Shown piece after piece: positions 14,428 to 27,883 of a stretch of DNA of 64,000 bases. The stretch's first letter is position 1; each line of letters starts with the position of its first letter. The notes beneath the pieces were generated by a model that had not been told where the DNA came from, did no database searches, and saw only the letters and a list, made by a program, of their open reading frames with translations. Origin of the DNA: Octopus vulgaris (taxonomy: Eukaryota); NCBI GenBank assembly GCA_951406725.2, contig OX597835.1, forward strand, positions 20,336,001-20,400,000. The letters run 5' to 3'. The position numbers were made by a program, and so were the translations under genes.

Positions 14428-14669
14428 TATAAGTATATATATATGAATATAAGTATATATATATATATATGAATATACATATAAAAGTAAATAAATGGCA
14501 CAACGAAGTACCGATATTTACTGGAAAATAGCGAACGTAATAAATACGACGCTAATATATAGCTTCACTGCGTATGTACTAGTAAAGATGCGTGTGTGCA
14601 ACAAACATGAAAAAAATTCTCTTACCTCTAGGAAGAACATCTGAAAAATGAAAAACCTAGAAACGGATA

Positions 14670-14741
14670 ATGGAGTACCGGTTTCAGATTCTTCAAAATA
14701 TGTTTGCCAACGTATATTTGATTTTTCTTCATCAGCAGCAT
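14670..14741 (-). ncRNA. Type I hammerhead ribozyme motif, copy 1
   Basis: Minus strand: atgctg CTGATGA [aga...tcaaatatacgttggcaaacatattttga...tct] GAAA ccgg TA ctccat. Core intact, palindromic CCGG in helix III, stem I partly decayed. Confidence 0.75.
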
Positions 14742-15098
14742 ATACCTCGACAATATTTCAAAGGTTGCCACATCTATGCCAGTACACTCGTCTGAACGCC
14801 AAAACGTTAACAGAACGAGATCAGTGAAGAAGTTTCAATGAAAATAGTAATGCAATACGAGAGTATTGCTTTCCAGTAAAGGATAGCCCGTGAATGTAAA
14901 ATCATACCTATAAAAGTAAATAAATGGCACAACGAAGTACAGATGTTCACTGGAAAATAGCGAACGTAATAAATACGACGCTAATGTATAGCTTCACTGC
15001 GTATGTACTAGTAAAGATGCGTGTGTGCAACAAACATGAACATAATTGTCTTACCCCTAGGAAGAACATCTGAAAAATGAAAAACCTAGAAACGGATA

Positions 15099-15170
15099 AT
15101 GCGGTACGGGTTTCAGATTCTTCAAAATACGTTTACCAACGTATATTTGATTTTTCTTCATCAGCTGCAT
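15099..15170 (-). ncRNA. Type I hammerhead ribozyme motif, copy 2
   Basis: Minus strand: atgcag CTGATGA [aga...tcaaatatacgttggtaaacgtattttga...tct] GAAA cccg TA ccgcat. Stem I pairs 5 of 6; long stem II. Confidence 0.78.
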
Positions 15171-15423
15171 ATAGCTCGACAATATTTCAAAGGTTGCCAC
15201 ATCTATGCCAGTACACTCGTCTGAACGCCAAAACGTTAACAGAACGAGAACAGTGATGAAGTTTCAATGAAAAATTATTGCAATACGAGAGTATTGCTTT
15301 CAAGGAATAGATAGCCCGTGAGAGTAAATGTATATATATATATATATATATGTATAGATGTATATATATAATGTCAGTAAAACCTAAACCCTAAAGAGAA
15401 GCACACTCTGACTTATGATGATA

Positions 15424-15481
<58 letters not shown>

Positions 15482-15971
15482 CTTATATATTATATATTAA
15501 TTTTGCTATCATTTCTTACGAAAGAAAAAAGTGTTAAAATGTTATAGAAGTTGTAGTATCTCTCCTAAATATATCTGAGGAGGAAATGCTTCTCTAAATC
15601 ATTTCCGCTGCAGGCTTTAATTTGCGAAATGTTATGAAAATTTTGAGTCTTAAAACCTTCGAATAAACTTCTTAGATATTATTGTCAAATTATCTTATAC
15701 CGAATCTACTTCGTTCGATTGAGATTAAACCATTTGTTCCATGGCTTCTCTCCCTCGTTTCATCGTTGTGTTAACAACTGGAAATTAACAAAGATGCGTA
15801 ATGACAACCTACGTCCAAAATATGTGTAACACTCGGCTTAATTCAAATAATTAAACGGTTTCTATTGTCATCGTGTTGGTGGTGCTTTTATTGTTCTCGT
15901 TCCTACTGTTATATATGGATAAAACTAGATTAAAAGCATTGCGTCTCTCAGCATCCGGTATTATTTACATA

Positions 15972-16339
15972 TCTTTATATATAAAAGAGAGGTTGTGTGG
16001 TGTCTGTCTCCTACTATTTAGATTCCTAACTACTCCCACATTTTGCGGTGCAGTTTAACCAAAACCGGGTATCTTATAGTCGTGATTCATATCGAGCCCT
16101 TCTGGGTATTAGCGTGCGTCTACGATGAGTCTACGATTTTTTTCCATTTTAATGCATTTTATTCGCTATTATATAAGGGAAGTAACTCTCTAAAAATGTC
16201 TACGATGAGTCAACGATTTAAAAAAAACTTTACCATAATTTCTTTTCCATTTTTAATGCATTTTTGGCTATAACTCTCTAAAAATGCTTATATAGTTATT
16301 TCCCTTACAAACCCGAGCAACGCCGGGCGATACTGCTAG
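15972..16339 (+). mobile_element. Non-autonomous Helitron
   Basis: Starts TC after an A, ends CTAG before a T, subterminal hairpin cccg-agcaacgc-cggg, no TSD; second copy at 20881-21182. Confidence 0.85.
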
Positions 16340-17475
16340 TATAAATTATTTAAGCTTAGATACCGATTTCAAATTTTGGCAGAAGGTCGAACATATTTGG
16401 GTTAGGCGGTTTGTCGATGAAATGAACCCAATTGAGCAATACCGAAAGGATGGATATCAAAATCGACCTCAGCGGAATTTGAACTCAAAACGTAAAGACA
16501 GATGAAACAACGCTGGGCATTTTGCCTGGTTTGGTAAGGATTCATCTTTCTAACCGCCCTATCGAAGGTAAGATATTGTTGAGTACATTTGTGCTACTTA
16601 ACTTACTTTCCCTTTCTAATAGATTCGCCGACTAGTAAGGGGCTCCGACGTTGCCGCGTTTAACACTTTTAAGTCAAACTTCAACTGCTTTACGTCCTGA
16701 TTTCATATTCCATAGATGCTGAATTTGCCTTTCATCATTTATCGAACACATATCGAACAATAATTGACTTACCATTTAAAGTTTGAACGCTTCAGTCAAT
16801 TTTTAATAATTTCGTTTAAAGCAGAGTAAGGCGGGGTGCTGGCAGAATGCTTGGTGGCATTTCAAATTCCGCTCTGAGGTTGACTTTGCCTTTCATCCTT
16901 TCTGAGTAGATCCTTTCATCATTTAGTGGGTTGATGAAATAAGTACCGTCTGAGCACTGGAGATCGATATATTCGACTTACCACTTCCATTGAAATTGAT
17001 GGTTTTATGCTTAAGTTTGAAAACAATATGAGACTTCAATTGCATGTAAGGGAAGATGACGAATGCATCAGTGGCTTCAATTACTTAATTTTATTTCTCT
17101 CTAAACAAAAGCCAGCATACTGATACTGATATTGATGTTTATATTAAAGGAATGGGTCAATACTACAGCAGGTCAAAGCTGCAAAAACAGGAATAACATC
17201 CGGTCCGGTTCATTTGCTAAATATTCAAATTGTTTGAAGGATTCGTAAAGACAGTACGTTGGGCTGATAATAGATTCAGGTCAATTTATTGACACTGACT
17301 ATAGTAAACCCAACCAATTAACGAGACAACTTGGAAGCTTCTGTGTGATCGCCTTGCTTAGAAGGATCAAGTGCCAAATCCCGATCATATAACACTTTAC
17401 GATACTGCATGAAATATTCGTGAATATACTATTATCTTTTATTACACTACGCAGGAAAATATTTTTATTCCTATA

Positions 17476-17708
17476 AGGCGGCGAGCTGGCAGAAACGTTA
17501 GCACGACGAGAGGAATGCGTAGCTGTATTTCATCTGCCGTTATGTTCTGAGTTCAAATTCCGCCGAGGTCGACTTTGCCTTTCATCCTTTCGGGGTCGAT
17601 AAATTAAGTACCAGTTACGCACTGGGGTCGATATAATCGACTTAATCCATTTGTCTGTCCTTGTTTGTCCCCTCTGTGTTTAGCCCCTTGTGGGTAGTAA
17701 AGAAATAG
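17476..17708 (+). mobile_element. tRNA-derived SINE family C
   Basis: Head ggcggcgagctggcagaa...gagttcaaattcc, central gactttgcctttcatcctttcggggtcgataaattaagtacc, TSD-like ttttattcctat on both sides. Confidence 0.88.
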
Positions 17709-17899
17709 AAAAATAGTTTTATTCCTATGGGGTGTTTATTGTGAAGACGTTTGTTGAAGGTGTTCCGATCGTGATATCAAGAACGTGGTTTCGATTCCCA
17801 AAGCAAACGATGGTTTTCGTTCATGAGAAAAATCACTTCATCTGCCGTTGATCTAGTTTACTCCGATTTAAAAGAATCCACCTACGATGGACTGGAGGC

Positions 17900-18540
17900 G
17901 GTCCGGAGGTAAGTTTTGACACTGTAGTATCATTCGTTTTACGTTTTCTAAAACTTCACCAACGATTACAAAGTATGGTTGCGCACTGTTTGCCTCAATT
18001 GGTGATGCTGGGAAGATGACGTGTGTCTCTTGCAATTGATAGTCTGTCCTACTTTTATGTAGCCTCGATGAAGGGATTGAGGATCTCTTGCAAATTTGCT
18101 TTTGATAGTATCGCAATACTGTTTGGTCATCAGCATATTGATACTCGAAGTATCATATTCCGTATCTGGCAAGTTGTGTTTCTTCCAAAGTTCACATCGA
18201 TGGCAAAATCCATCAACGTCGCGAAAGTGTTGGTGCTGCCTTTGGCTCTCACAGAACGAGAGTGTTCCAAGATCGAGCCATTTGAACCGACAGTAAAACG
18301 ACTAGTCGTGCCGACGCCTTTGACCAAGACCTGGACTCGTTAAAAGCTCTCGAAAGGTACCACCAATGCTGCCTTCTCGAAATATTTTCAATATAGGCTG
18401 GGAAGAAAGTAGAAAAAAGTCAGTGAGTTGGAAGAAGCCAACAAGACTTCCAGTGAAGCTATTATCATACAGAAACAACTGAGAAGAGCATGTGACGATG
18501 TCCAGATGAAATCTAAGCACCTACTTAACATGCTAAATCA
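17900..18540 (+). pseudogene. Degraded RTE LINE reverse transcriptase fragment
   Basis: Joined frames: PYLASCVSSKVHIDGKIHQRRESVGAAFGSHRTRVF...LVVPT...KTWT...LKALERYHQCCL...WEE...LEEANKTSSEAIIIQKQLR, the RTE RT thumb region (YLGS..IDxEI..AFGxL; ETWT; LERxHQxCLR; QLRW). Left boundary approximate. Confidence 0.75.
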
Positions 18541-19574
18541 AATAAAACGAAGAAGAATTGCGCAAAAATTCAAATATGTCCTGAGATGGTCAATATAACA
18601 ATAACTGGTCAGTTACATGGGTTTTAATAAAGGAACACACATGTTGGACACTGCTTAATGCTGTCCATTTTTTCCTATAATTCTCTTTGTTAGAAAGGTG
18701 TTGCTTCAAAAAACGAGAAACCTTTCAAAATAATCCTCATAATCTAATTTCCATTTCACTTTTCATACGAAAAAGAAGTCCTTGAAGAACGGAGATAAAT
18801 TGATAATATCATTTAAGATGCTTATGGTAAGCTTCAAAGTCTCTATTTTCATGAAATAAGACTTTAAATTTAAGCGCGCACATGAGATTTTGCAACATCT
18901 TTCCCGCAGGCAAATAGAGGCATTTAAGACGGATGTATCAAGTGATATTACAGTTAAAGTTATTGTCACAAATTAATGCCAAATTTCTACAGAGAATCTA
19001 TAATCTTTGTATTTGTTTGCTTGTTTGTTTGTTGCTTTTTCAATTTCGGTAAATTTGTTTTCATTAAAAAAATGTGGAAGACGTCATAATAATAACTGTT
19101 TATGATTTAGAGACAATGCGAGCAATTTTAATGAGAGAAAATATTTCAAATTCATTAAATATAAAATTCTTGTCTCCCTCCTACATATATTGTTTTAAAA
19201 CACTTCGCTCCTGGTATTATACTGCTGCCAATGTATCATGCATGACACTTAAGTGATTATTTGAATACAATACGTGTTATTTTGCAAATAGTTGACATAT
19301 ATATCTTTTTTTTTTATTTTTGCATGCTTTTTCTTGTTTTAGTCATTAGACTGCGAAAATGCTGGAACACCACCTAGCAGAATTTATAGTCGAATATAAG
19401 ACGCATGTACTTTAATTCTTAAAGCCTGGTACTTATTTTATCGATCTCCTTTGGAGGACCACTAAGTTATATATATATATATATATATATTTCGTTTTTG
19501 GATTTGGTTTACAAGCTTCTTTATGGGAGTTCGTGTGTTGAAACATATTATGTTGTGTCTGGGGAGAGTCATTT

Positions 19575-20330
19575 TCTTACTGCGCGAGTTAGTGGAGATT
19601 ATGTCCGAAGACGCCTTGTGGGAGAACCTGAGCTACGATGAAAATCAGTTGATCAAACTGTTCAGGAGAGCTTTCGCGCCGGGATATCTGGATAATTACC
19701 AGAAATCCCTAGCTTGGCAGTGCTTCCGTGCGGCGTTACCTGTTTGCGATAAGCTGTCCAGGCACCGCAGTGCCGTCTCGCCGACCTGTCCGAGGTGCGG
19801 GCTACACAGAGAAACCGTCTTGCACCCATTTCTGGTGTGACCGGGATTAATGGGACTGATAGCTTTCGCAGAACAACTGTTGTCATCGATGCAAAGAATA
19901 CAGCTATCAGCTGAGTCTATCATCGAGACTGTGCCGCCTCTTCCCTCAACAGGGTGAAGAAGGCTTGCTTTTTCTGCGTGGTAGCTATACGGAAAGAAGC
20001 AGTATGAAAGACGCGTGTGAAAGGAATAGTATCTGGCCAGGGGCTGGTTAACATTTTTGGTTACCACCTCAGTAGTAAGATCAAGCTGGAGAAGAGGTAC
20101 CTGTCACGAGAATGATTAGAGAAAAGATGGAAGCTTGTGGCAAAACAGCTGGGAGCGATTGGCACCAAGTAAGTGGAGCCCCAGAAAAAAGCAAAGGTTC
20201 TACCCCGGTGGTCGTGTGCCTTCCCTTCAGGAGATGCATTGCATATGGCAATGTGATATCATCGAACTTTTAAATGTTTAGTGTAATTTGAATCGTAATT
20301 GTTAATCGTAACCTATCATTCATGAAAAAA
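19575..20330 (+). pseudogene. L1/Tx1-clade LINE 3' fragment (zf-RVT region) with 3' UTR
   Basis: KSLAWQCFRAALPVCDKL...CPRCGLHRETVLHPFLV* followed by a stop-interrupted C-terminus ending ...EKRWKLVAK. Fits the CCHC zinc-binding C-terminus of L1/Tx1 ORF2. Confidence 0.7.
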
Positions 20331-20360
20331 GAACTTTTAAATTGTAGCAGCTTCTTCACA

Positions 20361-20646
20361 TAGCTAACTAAATATAGACACATATAGAGGAATGCGCATG
20401 CGCAAATAAAGACACATACAAAATGCAAAATGGCTGACCGTTAGTAAGGAAAGACGCACAAATAAGAAAGGAGAAAGCAAAGGACCACTGATGAGGTCAC
20501 AGGAGTGTGACGAAAGAACTCTGGCCGAAATTAGATTAAGATTAATGTAAAAAATAAATAACGCTGAAGCAAAGTAACACAAAATATATAGTGCGTGTGT
20601 TTTTATTGGCTAAACTGGCAAAATGACCATACCTAAATACAACAAT
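20361..20646 (+). mobile_element. 286-bp non-coding insertion with 12-bp TSD carrying a hammerhead motif
   Basis: Perfect direct repeat agcttcttcaca at 20349-20360 and 20647-20658; hammerhead core in the middle. Confidence 0.72.
20483..20526 (+). ncRNA. Minimal type I hammerhead ribozyme motif
   Basis: g-a-cca CTGATGA g gtcaca-ggag-tgtgac GAAA gaac TC tgg-c-c: full core, perfect 6-bp stem II, stem I cca/tgg. Confidence 0.8.
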
Positions 20647-20724
20647 AGCTTCTTCACAATTTTACGTTTATTTGTCCTTGTTTGTCCCCTCTTTGTAATG
20701 CTTGTATAGCAAATTTTTATGTAA

Positions 20725-21181
20725 AAATGAAGTTTGCTTCCCATCGCATGGTTCCGAACACAGTTATGCTACGTAGCACGATAGGCAAGTGTCTTTTATT
20801 ATAGCCTCGTGCCTACTACAACTTTCTGAGTGCATTTGGTAGAGGAAAACTGAAAGAATCCCGATATATATATATATATATCTTTATATATAAAAGTGAA
20901 GTTGTGTGAGTGTCTGTCTCCTACGATTTAGATTCCTAACTACTCCCACATTTTGCGGTGCAGTTTAACCCAAAGCGGGTATCTTATAGTCGTGATTCAT
21001 ATCGAGCCCTTCTGGGTATTAGCGCGCGTCTACGATGAGTCTACGATTAAAAAAAAAATTACCTTCATTTTCCCCCATTTTTAATGCATTTTTTTGCTAA
21101 CATATAAGGGAAGTAACTCTCTAAAAATGCTTATATAGTTATTTCCCTTACATGCCCGAGCAACGCCGGGCGATACTGCTA

Positions 21182-21234
<53 letters not shown>

Positions 21235-21460
21235 ATTAATTTTGTGTGTGATTCTGTGACTGTTCCTCGCATCATCAGTTGACAACCGATACTAGTGTGT
21301 TTGTATTCCCGTAACTTAGGGTTTCCCAAAACAGACCGATAGGATAAGTATTTGGCTTACAAAGAATAAGACCTGGGGTCGATTTCTTCGAGTAAAAACC
21401 CTTAAAGCGGTGCTCCAGCATGGCCGAAGTCAAATGGCTGAAGTAAGTAAATGAATAAAA
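20725..21460 (+). mobile_element. Older SINE family A copy split by a Helitron in its internal (TA)n
   Basis: 5' half ~20725-20870 and 3' half ~21260-21460 are colinear with family A. Confidence 0.7.
20881..21182 (+). mobile_element. Non-autonomous Helitron, second copy
   Basis: TC start, cccgagcaacgccggg hairpin, CTAG end; homologous to 15972-16339 but lacks its internal duplication. Confidence 0.85.
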
Positions 21461-21659
21461 GAATATGTGTATATTTCCATTTGTGTATCTCTCTACACAT
21501 GCGTATGCGCACATACACATTTAGCGCGCGCACTCATTTGCATATATGTACATATAAAAGGAAGATACAGACATCGATAAGGAATGATTTAGACTGAAAG
21601 AGGGAGACAGTACTTCGTGAACGACAATGAATGTATATATACGTATGTATGGACGCATG

Positions 21660-21702
<43 letters not shown>

Positions 21703-21815
21703 TTATATATGTTTGTATGTATATGTATGCATGTTTGTATTATATGTATATATATAAATGTGTGTATGTATATATATATATATATATGTATGTATATGTA
21801 TATATGTGTATGTAC

Positions 21816-21871
<56 letters not shown>

Positions 21872-22182
21872 CTGTTACTCTGAGTTTCTCTGTATGACAG
21901 TATATATATATGTATAAAGAAATGGACTATATATAAGCGATAAACATATATATGTACATATATCTGTATTATATATTATACATATATATAATATATATAT
22001 ATGTACGTATATATATATATATATATGAACATATATATGTATGCATATAATATATGTATGTGTATAAATATATGTATGTATGTATATATATATGTATGTG
22101 TATAAATATATGTATGTACGTATGTATATATATTATGTACATTTGTATATATATACATATATATATATATACATACATATAC

Positions 22183-22224
<42 letters not shown>

Positions 22225-23169
22225 GTATGTATATATGTGTGTGTGTGTGTGTATGTATGTGTGTGTGTCTGTGTGCGTATCACACATGGTGGAAGTGGGC
22301 ATTGAAAACGGTACGAACTGATTATCTTTACTTTCATAGTCTAAAATTATTTATGGATTGTTGTTTAAAAGAGTTAACTGAAATTCCCGTCTCTGTACAC
22401 TGAATGAAAATTAATGTTAAAAAGTGTTTGCTTTTGTCATTCTATGCTATTAACTACGATACAAAAGTAAGTGGGGTAAATTGAATTATTAACGATGATA
22501 AGTTTGTGGTTGTCGTTATTATTGTCGTTGTTGCTTTAGATGTTATTGTTTCTCTGTTAATTTTTTCACGTGCCAATAGTGATTTCGTAATGAAATTATA
22601 ATCAAATTACTAAACCAAGCGATATTTTAAACGAAATATTCTCACAGTTTATAAAATGCGGATAAATAAATTTTGATATCGGCTATTATGTACGATAATC
22701 TTACTAGTAACTGAATATTAAATGTCTATTTTCTATGGCGGCTTTTATAACATTGTGTGTTTATCTACTGTAGGCATTCATTGCAGTTTGTCAGGTATTT
22801 ATTTTATTTAGTTTTCGCAGACAGAATTTAAAGCCAGATTTATTTTACTTCATTTTATTTTATTTATGCTGTGTTAGGATAACGTCGTATTACTCACAAA
22901 CCTTGCAAATCGTCCGAGATCGGAGCGATTGATAGCTTTTTATGTCCCTTAATATATTGCTGACCTACGAATGCAATGATGCCGTGTACTTTAAATAAAT
23001 TTTAGTAGGACTTTACTTTGGAACTACCTCAAAGTCTACTCGATATCGTGAGGTGTCTTGTATTCTCAATGACCGTGAGTACTATACATCGGCCAGAAGA
23101 ATAGTCACTACCTCTTCACAGAAGGAAAAACTTATTTTCGAATGTCAAGCAACACTATTTAAGGCAAAG

Positions 23170-23394
23170 TTGACTGTGTGGTAAGGAGCTTGCTTCTCTA
23201 GGTGTGGTAAGAAGCTTCCTTTTTCTATTTAAGACCTTCAGGGTCAATATAATGTATTAAGAAGTTTGTTCATCGATCACAGGATCCTAGGTTCAGTCCC
23301 ACTGCATGGCATCTTGGGAATATGTTTTTTTAATAGCCTTGTGTGAGGATTTGGTGGACAGAAGCTGAAAGAACCCTGTCGTATATCGTGTATG

Positions 23395-23439
<45 letters not shown>

Positions 23440-23640
23440 TACCCCATCACCGCTTGGCAACCGATGTTGGGATATGTTTATGTACTCGTAACTCAACAGT
23501 ACGGATAAAGAGTTCGATAGAATAAATACTAGGCTTAAGAAAATAATTCCTGTGATCGATTCGTTCGACTAGAACCGTTCAAGGCGGTGCTCCATCATTG
23601 CTGTAGTCAAATGACTGCAAGAAAATAAAGGGATAAAAGA
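23170..23640 (+). mobile_element. Diverged SINE family A
   Basis: ggttcagtcccactgcatggcatcttggg...aaggcggtgctccatcattg...gtcaaatgactg recognisable. Confidence 0.7.
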
Positions 23641-24036
23641 ATAAATGGTAAGTGTCAATGAAAATATAAACAAAGGAGCGGAAGGCCTCTTTTCAAGTAA
23701 ATATATAACATTGTGCAGCAGAATTCAAAAGGGAGTTGTAAGGGAAAAGCAGGGATCCAATTAAAAAAATACAGAATAAAAGAGAGTGTAGAATTGAGAC
23801 TCTAAAGACAATCCATCGATGGACTTTACACTATACAGAATCACTTGAATGGGTTACGTAAGTCCCTGAGTGAGCGGAAATGTGGGAGAGAAGCATATAA
23901 TAGACAATGGAAGGAAAAGCAGTGTGGACTGTGAGTTTTTGAGTGGAAATATCATACCAGTAGCTGAAACTTGCAATCCATTGCTGTAAAAGTGAAAGGA
24001 GAAAACTGAGAGGACTTCTTGCCATTCGGATAGAGA

Positions 24037-24422
24037 TACTCTTTTTTTTTTTTTTTACTTGTTTCAGTCATTTGACTGCGGCCATGCTGGAGCACCGCCT
24101 TTAGTCGAGCAAATCGACCCCGGGACTTATTCTTTGTAAGCCCAGTACTTCTTCTATCGGTCTCGTTTGCCGAACCGCTAAGTGACGGGGACGTAAACAC
24201 ACAAGCATCGGTTGTCAAGCAATGCTAGGGGGACAAACACAGACATACACACATATATATATATACATATATACGACAGGCTTCTTTCAGTGTCCGTCTA
24301 CCAAATCCACTCACAAGGCATTGGTCGGCCCGGGGCTATAGACGAAGACATTTGCCCAAGATGCCATGCAGTGGGACTGAACCCGGAACCATGTGGTTGG
24401 TTAGCAAGCTACTTACCACACA
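24037..24422 (-). mobile_element. SINE family A, near full length
   Basis: Nearly identical to 6996-7400; first ~15 nt of the head missing. Confidence 0.9.
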
Positions 24423-24973
24423 GGGGGTCGATTGTGAGTAACGTTATGCAAAAATGTGAAGCAGCCTTCCCCCTATTGCGCTCTACACTATTTTTATGAT
24501 TCAGTTGATTTTATACAAGGTAGTGCGTTACTTGTTTGTGTATAACATACGATAGGGCTTGGAGGATTCTTGCAACAGAATTCCATTTCAATGAAAAAAT
24601 TACGATTCGAAATCACAATCTGGCATTCTAAGCAAGCTAAGAAATTACAGAAAATTGTGTGGATATAAAATATGACTATATCAAAACAGAAAAAATAAAA
24701 GTGATTTTAGCTTATCATATATGCGACCTCCGATGTATAAACTATATGCTAAATAATGTTCAGTCTACACGCCGACGGTCAGTTTCACATTCAGACGATA
24801 TTGCCGCCGACTAGTGACCAGCCAGATATTGAAATGTTTGTTTAATTGATCTATCAATTAAGCAATTAATAACTAATGTTCTTTAGATCATTATATTTGA
24901 TTTGCTTTTAACTATCATCAGCAAGATTTTAGAGCTGCTGCCCAAATTGTTAGGTCTCTTAACGGCAATCACA

Positions 24974-25007
<34 letters not shown>

Positions 25008-25032
25008 ATGTATATATATGTATATATAACTG

Positions 25033-25095
<63 letters not shown>

Positions 25096-25306
25096 ATATA
25101 TTTATATATATGTACATAATTATATATATATATATATATACATAGACAGGTACATAGATATAAATATGTAAAAGCATAATATGTATACCAATGTATTGCG
25201 TATATACTCACGCATTCAAATGAACACAAATACAAACAAGCATACGAAATCACATACATACACATAAACTTCAATAGAGGCGTGAATGTAAATGTGTGTG
25301 TGTATG

Positions 25307-25416
<110 letters not shown>

Positions 25417-25553
25417 TATATATATATATGCAGGCACACATATGTGTATATCTACATATGCATAAATATACATATTCATATATACATATATATATATATG
25501 CATACATATATATATACATACATATATGTATGCATACGTATATCTATTCATAC

Positions 25554-25589
<36 letters not shown>

Positions 25590-25810
25590 GTGTGTGTGTG
25601 TGTGAGCTAGTGTGTATACAGATGCAAGCCAAAGTGACGTTTAATTACACATTTCAACACACTAAATATTCGAAAGTGATTTGACTGCAGGTGTATTGCA
25701 CTTACGCTTATACAGAAATGCACAGACAACCGCACTATCCATAGTACGAGTATCTGCACACGCCACACACAAATATAAATATTAATATTCCGCGGACACA
25801 CACAAACGCG

Positions 25811-25869
<59 letters not shown>

Positions 25870-26076
25870 TTGTATACGTATATTTATATATAATTCTGTG
25901 TGTGTAAAGAAGCAAATTCTTTCCCTTTCGCGCAGTAGTTCATACATAATTACATATATTACTGTTATTGCGATACTAATAGGATCACATCTAAACGTAA
26001 TAAAGGGAAAAATACTCATTCAATATGTACGTACACACATACATATATACGAATATATACAGTCACGCACACACAC

Positions 26077-26117
<41 letters not shown>

Positions 26118-27096
26118 TTTAATTACACACAGAGACACACATACCACACACAGACAAACACACATATATAGATATACACATATGCGATATTTTAATATGT
26201 ATTTGGATACACATACATAAACACACTCACATATATACGAGCGTAATAAAGCACATGCGCACACACATAAATGTGTGTAAGCACGTTGGTAGTTAATGCT
26301 TATACGCATATATAATTTGCCATATAGAGTGTATTCTTACACTGGACATACACACGCGCACTTTCACCATACATAAATACACACACACACATATAGACAC
26401 ACACGTCCTCACCATACACACACACACACACACACACACACGCTTTTACCATGCACACATGCACACATACATTAAAATCAATTAAGCGAGAACTCAGGCA
26501 TTTTTGTAATCATAAATATCAAACCCATGAAACAACAGCATCATCATCATCATCATCATCATCATTGACAGCAACAACTTTAATAGTGATAACAACAACA
26601 CGAACAACAACACAAAACAACAATAACGGCGTTAGAACATTCAATTAACAATCACTGGTTTTGTATCAATTTATTTCGTGTGTTCATTTTCGCAATTCAC
26701 TCTTACAGATAACGAGCATTTACATATATTTTTGAATCACAAGATTAATTAATTGAATTTCGTATTCCCCACATCTCTCATATATGTGTGTGTGAGTGTG
26801 TGTGTGTGTGTGTGTGTTTGTATATGTATGTATATGTAGATATATGTGTGTGTATGTGCACGTGTTTGAGTTTATGTTTGATCATATGTATATACATATT
26901 CATAAATATATGTGCCTGTTTTTGTATGTATATATATACATATATATATATACAAACATACGCACATATTTGTATGTATATATGACTCTATTTGCATCAT
27001 TTGTATATATGTACGTATGGATACATGTGGCTGTGTATATGTGAGCCTGATTCTATGTATGTGTGTGTGTTTGTCTGTATGTATATAGACATTCCC

Positions 27097-27153
<57 letters not shown>

Positions 27154-27451
27154 TGTATTTATGTGTGTATATATATACATATATATATATATATATACGC
27201 GTATTACTATGTTATAATGTGAAGGAGAGTGAAATATACTGAGAGACGGGGAACAAGAATTGTAAAATTGGTTACATTTTGACAGCATCGCCAGAATTTG
27301 CCTTTTAGCATTATGTAGCTGACCGAGTCTTTACGTACAGTTTTCAAATCATAGCGTGGTCATCAACTTAGCTTTTCCTTATATATATATATATAAATAT
27401 AAGAAAGTTGGTTTGTGAAAGCACGTGGTTGAATATATAGAAAATAGATCG

Positions 27452-27883
27452 AACTGTGCAACATGTCCAAACCTGCTAGAAGGATCATAATTCCTCTTTA
27501 AAGAGGGACAGAAATTCAAGATCAAATCTAACTATACTTGTGCCTCTGAAAACATAATTTATGTCATAAAATGCTCGGGCTGCCACCAAGACTACGTGGG
27601 ATCCACGGGACTATCACTCAGACGTAGATGCACACAGCATCGACAACAGATTGCATTCCCAGAATACAGAATGATACCTTTTAGTGAGCACATTGAGAAA
27701 TGCGCAAAGCAACTACTACCACAATTTTTAATCTTTCCATTTTACCAATGTGCTATCGGATCATCAACACAAATTAGACTAAACAAGGAAACATTCTTCA
27801 TTGAAAATTACATGCCCAGACTTAACCATCCCAACATACTGATACAGAGAAATTCACATCAAGGGAAACGAAAAAAAATTTAA
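27452..27883 (+). pseudogene. Penelope-like element GIY-YIG endonuclease (3' end of ORF, one stop)
   Basis: Single frame: NCATCPNLLEGS*FLFKEGQKFKIKSNYTCASENIIYVIKCSGCHQDYVGSTGLSLRRRCTQHRQQI...RLNKETFFIENYMPRLN. Shows CxxC, NIIY, CxxC, YVG, R..H and E..LN motifs. Confidence 0.85.

Larger units (their letters stand above)
14481..15328 (-). repeat. Tandem dimer of a 429-bp unit, each unit carrying a hammerhead motif (retrozyme-like)
   Basis: Units start ataaaagtaaataaatggcac at 14481 and 14910 and are highly similar; flanked by (TA)n on both sides. Confidence 0.9.
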
